The notes under the pieces are model-generated. The model saw nothing but the letters and a program-made list of their open reading frames with translations. It was not told the DNA's origin and did not search any database. Positions 63,210-64,000 of a stretch of DNA of 64,000 bases are shown piece by piece. Source of the stretch: Eubacteriales bacterium (lineage in GTDB: Bacteria > Bacillota > Clostridia > Oscillospirales > CAG-272); NCBI GenBank assembly GCA_045598385.1, contig JAZLLY010000016.1, positions 146,000 to 209,999 on the forward strand. Reading direction: 5' to 3'. Position 1 is the stretch's first letter, and each line of letters opens with the position of its first letter. The translations under genes were made by a program, and so were the position numbers.

Positions 63210-63238
63210 AGTATAACCCGTATTCCGGCTTTTGTCAA
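63210..63238 (-). promoter_or_regulatory. Sigma-A promoter of the arsR-HMA-cadA operon
   Basis: The minus strand reads TTGACA (63238..63233), a 17-nt spacer, then TATACT (63215..63210). Confidence 0.65.
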
Positions 63239-63290
63239 GTGTCGCCCCCGACTTTTTTTCATAGACTGGAAAAAGCAAAGGAGATTCACG

Positions 63291-64000
63291 ATGATCTATC
63301 ACGTTCAAAAGGGTGACACCCTCTATTCCATTGCCAAAGAATACGGCGTCAGCGCCGCCAAAATTGCCACAGACAACGCGCTGACTTACCCCGACCGGCT
63401 GATCCCCGGACAGGAACTTTTGATCCTCAAGCCGAGCCGCACCTACACGGTCAGGCGTGGCGATACCGTAAAGGATATTGCCGAGCGATTCGGTATCCCC
63501 GAAAAAACGCTTTACCGATACAATCCGTCCCTCTCGGAGGACGAAAGACTGTACCCGGGCAGAATCCTGACGATATCCTATTCTGCCGGCACACACGGCG
63601 CACTTACCGTCAACGGGTACGTGTATCCGGGATGCGACGGGGCGCATTTCCGAAACACGCTGAACCGTGTCCAGTATTACACGTTTTCCTGTTGTCATAC
63701 CGACGGACACTCCCTGCGTTTTACCGACCGTTTTGAAACATACAGAAAAGAAGCCGCCGCGAAAAACGTGCTTTGCCTTTGCCGCGTCTGTCTGTCCGAC
63801 GATTTTGATTTTTCGGTTTTTGACAATCCGAAATCCGCAAACGCTCTTGCGGAAACGGTCGCGGACGCGGCACAGAAAGAAAACTTTGACGGTGTGACGG
63901 CGGCGTTTTACGGGATAGGCGCGCACGACGGATTTTCCGTCCTGAAGGCACTCAAAGACAGTCTCTCCCGGCGCAAAATGCTCTTTTTCAACGAAACCAA
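63291..64000 (+). CDS. LysM-LysM-GH18-like protein (YaaH/SleL-type spore cortex hydrolase family), 5' part; continues past the window end
   Basis: Absent from the ORF track because it is open at the right edge. The ATG at 63291 follows AAAGGAGATTCACG. Two LysM repeats are present: YHVQKGDTLYSIAKEYGVSAAKIATDNALTYPDRLIPGQELLI and YTVRRGDTVKDIAERFGIPEKTLYRYNPSLSEDERLYPGRILTI. The sequence after them aligns by eye with the Bacillus YaaH GH18 domain. The minus-strand ORF 63198..63926 is its antisense shadow. Confidence 0.75.
   Translation, partial: MIYHVQKGDTLYSIAKEYGVSAAKIATDNALTYPDRLIPGQELLILKPSRTYTVRRGDTVKDIAERFGIPEKTLYRYNPSLSEDERLYPGRILTISYSAGTHGALTVNGYVYPGCDGAHFRNTLNRVQYYTFSCCHTDGHSLRFTDRFETYRKEAAAKNVLCLCRVCLSDDFDFSVFDNPKSANALAETVADAAQKENFDGVTAAFYGIGAHDGFSVLKALKDSLSRRKMLFFNET

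Overview
This 64 kb window is chromosomal DNA from a spore-forming Firmicute, probably class Clostridia (about 55% GC, GGAGG ribosome-binding sites, TGn-extended -10 promoters). Most of it is a housekeeping backbone with Bacillus-like local synteny. That backbone comprises dprA-topA, the infC-rpmI-rplT operon (ATT start on infC, structured leader), spoIIGA-sigE, rpe, ispD-ispF, lon-ysxC, scpA-scpB-ytfI/ytfJ-dacB-rluB, a long minus-strand operon (AraC-dxs-miaB-ymcA-mutS-mutL-tgt), uxuA-uxuB, lepB-rbgA-rnhB-yraN, tig-clpP-clpX, secA, spoIIR, smpB and an arsR-HMA-cadA metal-efflux operon. No rRNA, tRNA, tmRNA, CRISPR array, transposase or integrase could be supported. Five accessory loci stand out. 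(1) A 1556-aa repeat-rich surface protein has a single C-terminal TM helix followed by a cytoplasmic tail that aligns by eye with the C-terminal half of ribosomal protein uL15. (2) A three-gene operon behind a perfect TTGACA-17-TATAAT promoter encodes a CobW/G3E GTPase carrying three near-identical 87-bp His/Asp/Cys-rich repeats, a degenerate CobW-like domain fused to a CCxxD (DUF1980-like) domain, and an AraC regulator. (3) An ATP-grasp ligase is translationally coupled to a MurE-like ligase that has DNPG in place of DNPR, outside any cell-division cluster. (4) A thioredoxin is coupled to a 65-aa FTR-catalytic-subunit-like protein. (5) That pair sits next to an AT-rich 360-bp divergent region full of CTTGCA repeats. 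All functional calls come from reading the translations against remembered family motifs. No database search was run.
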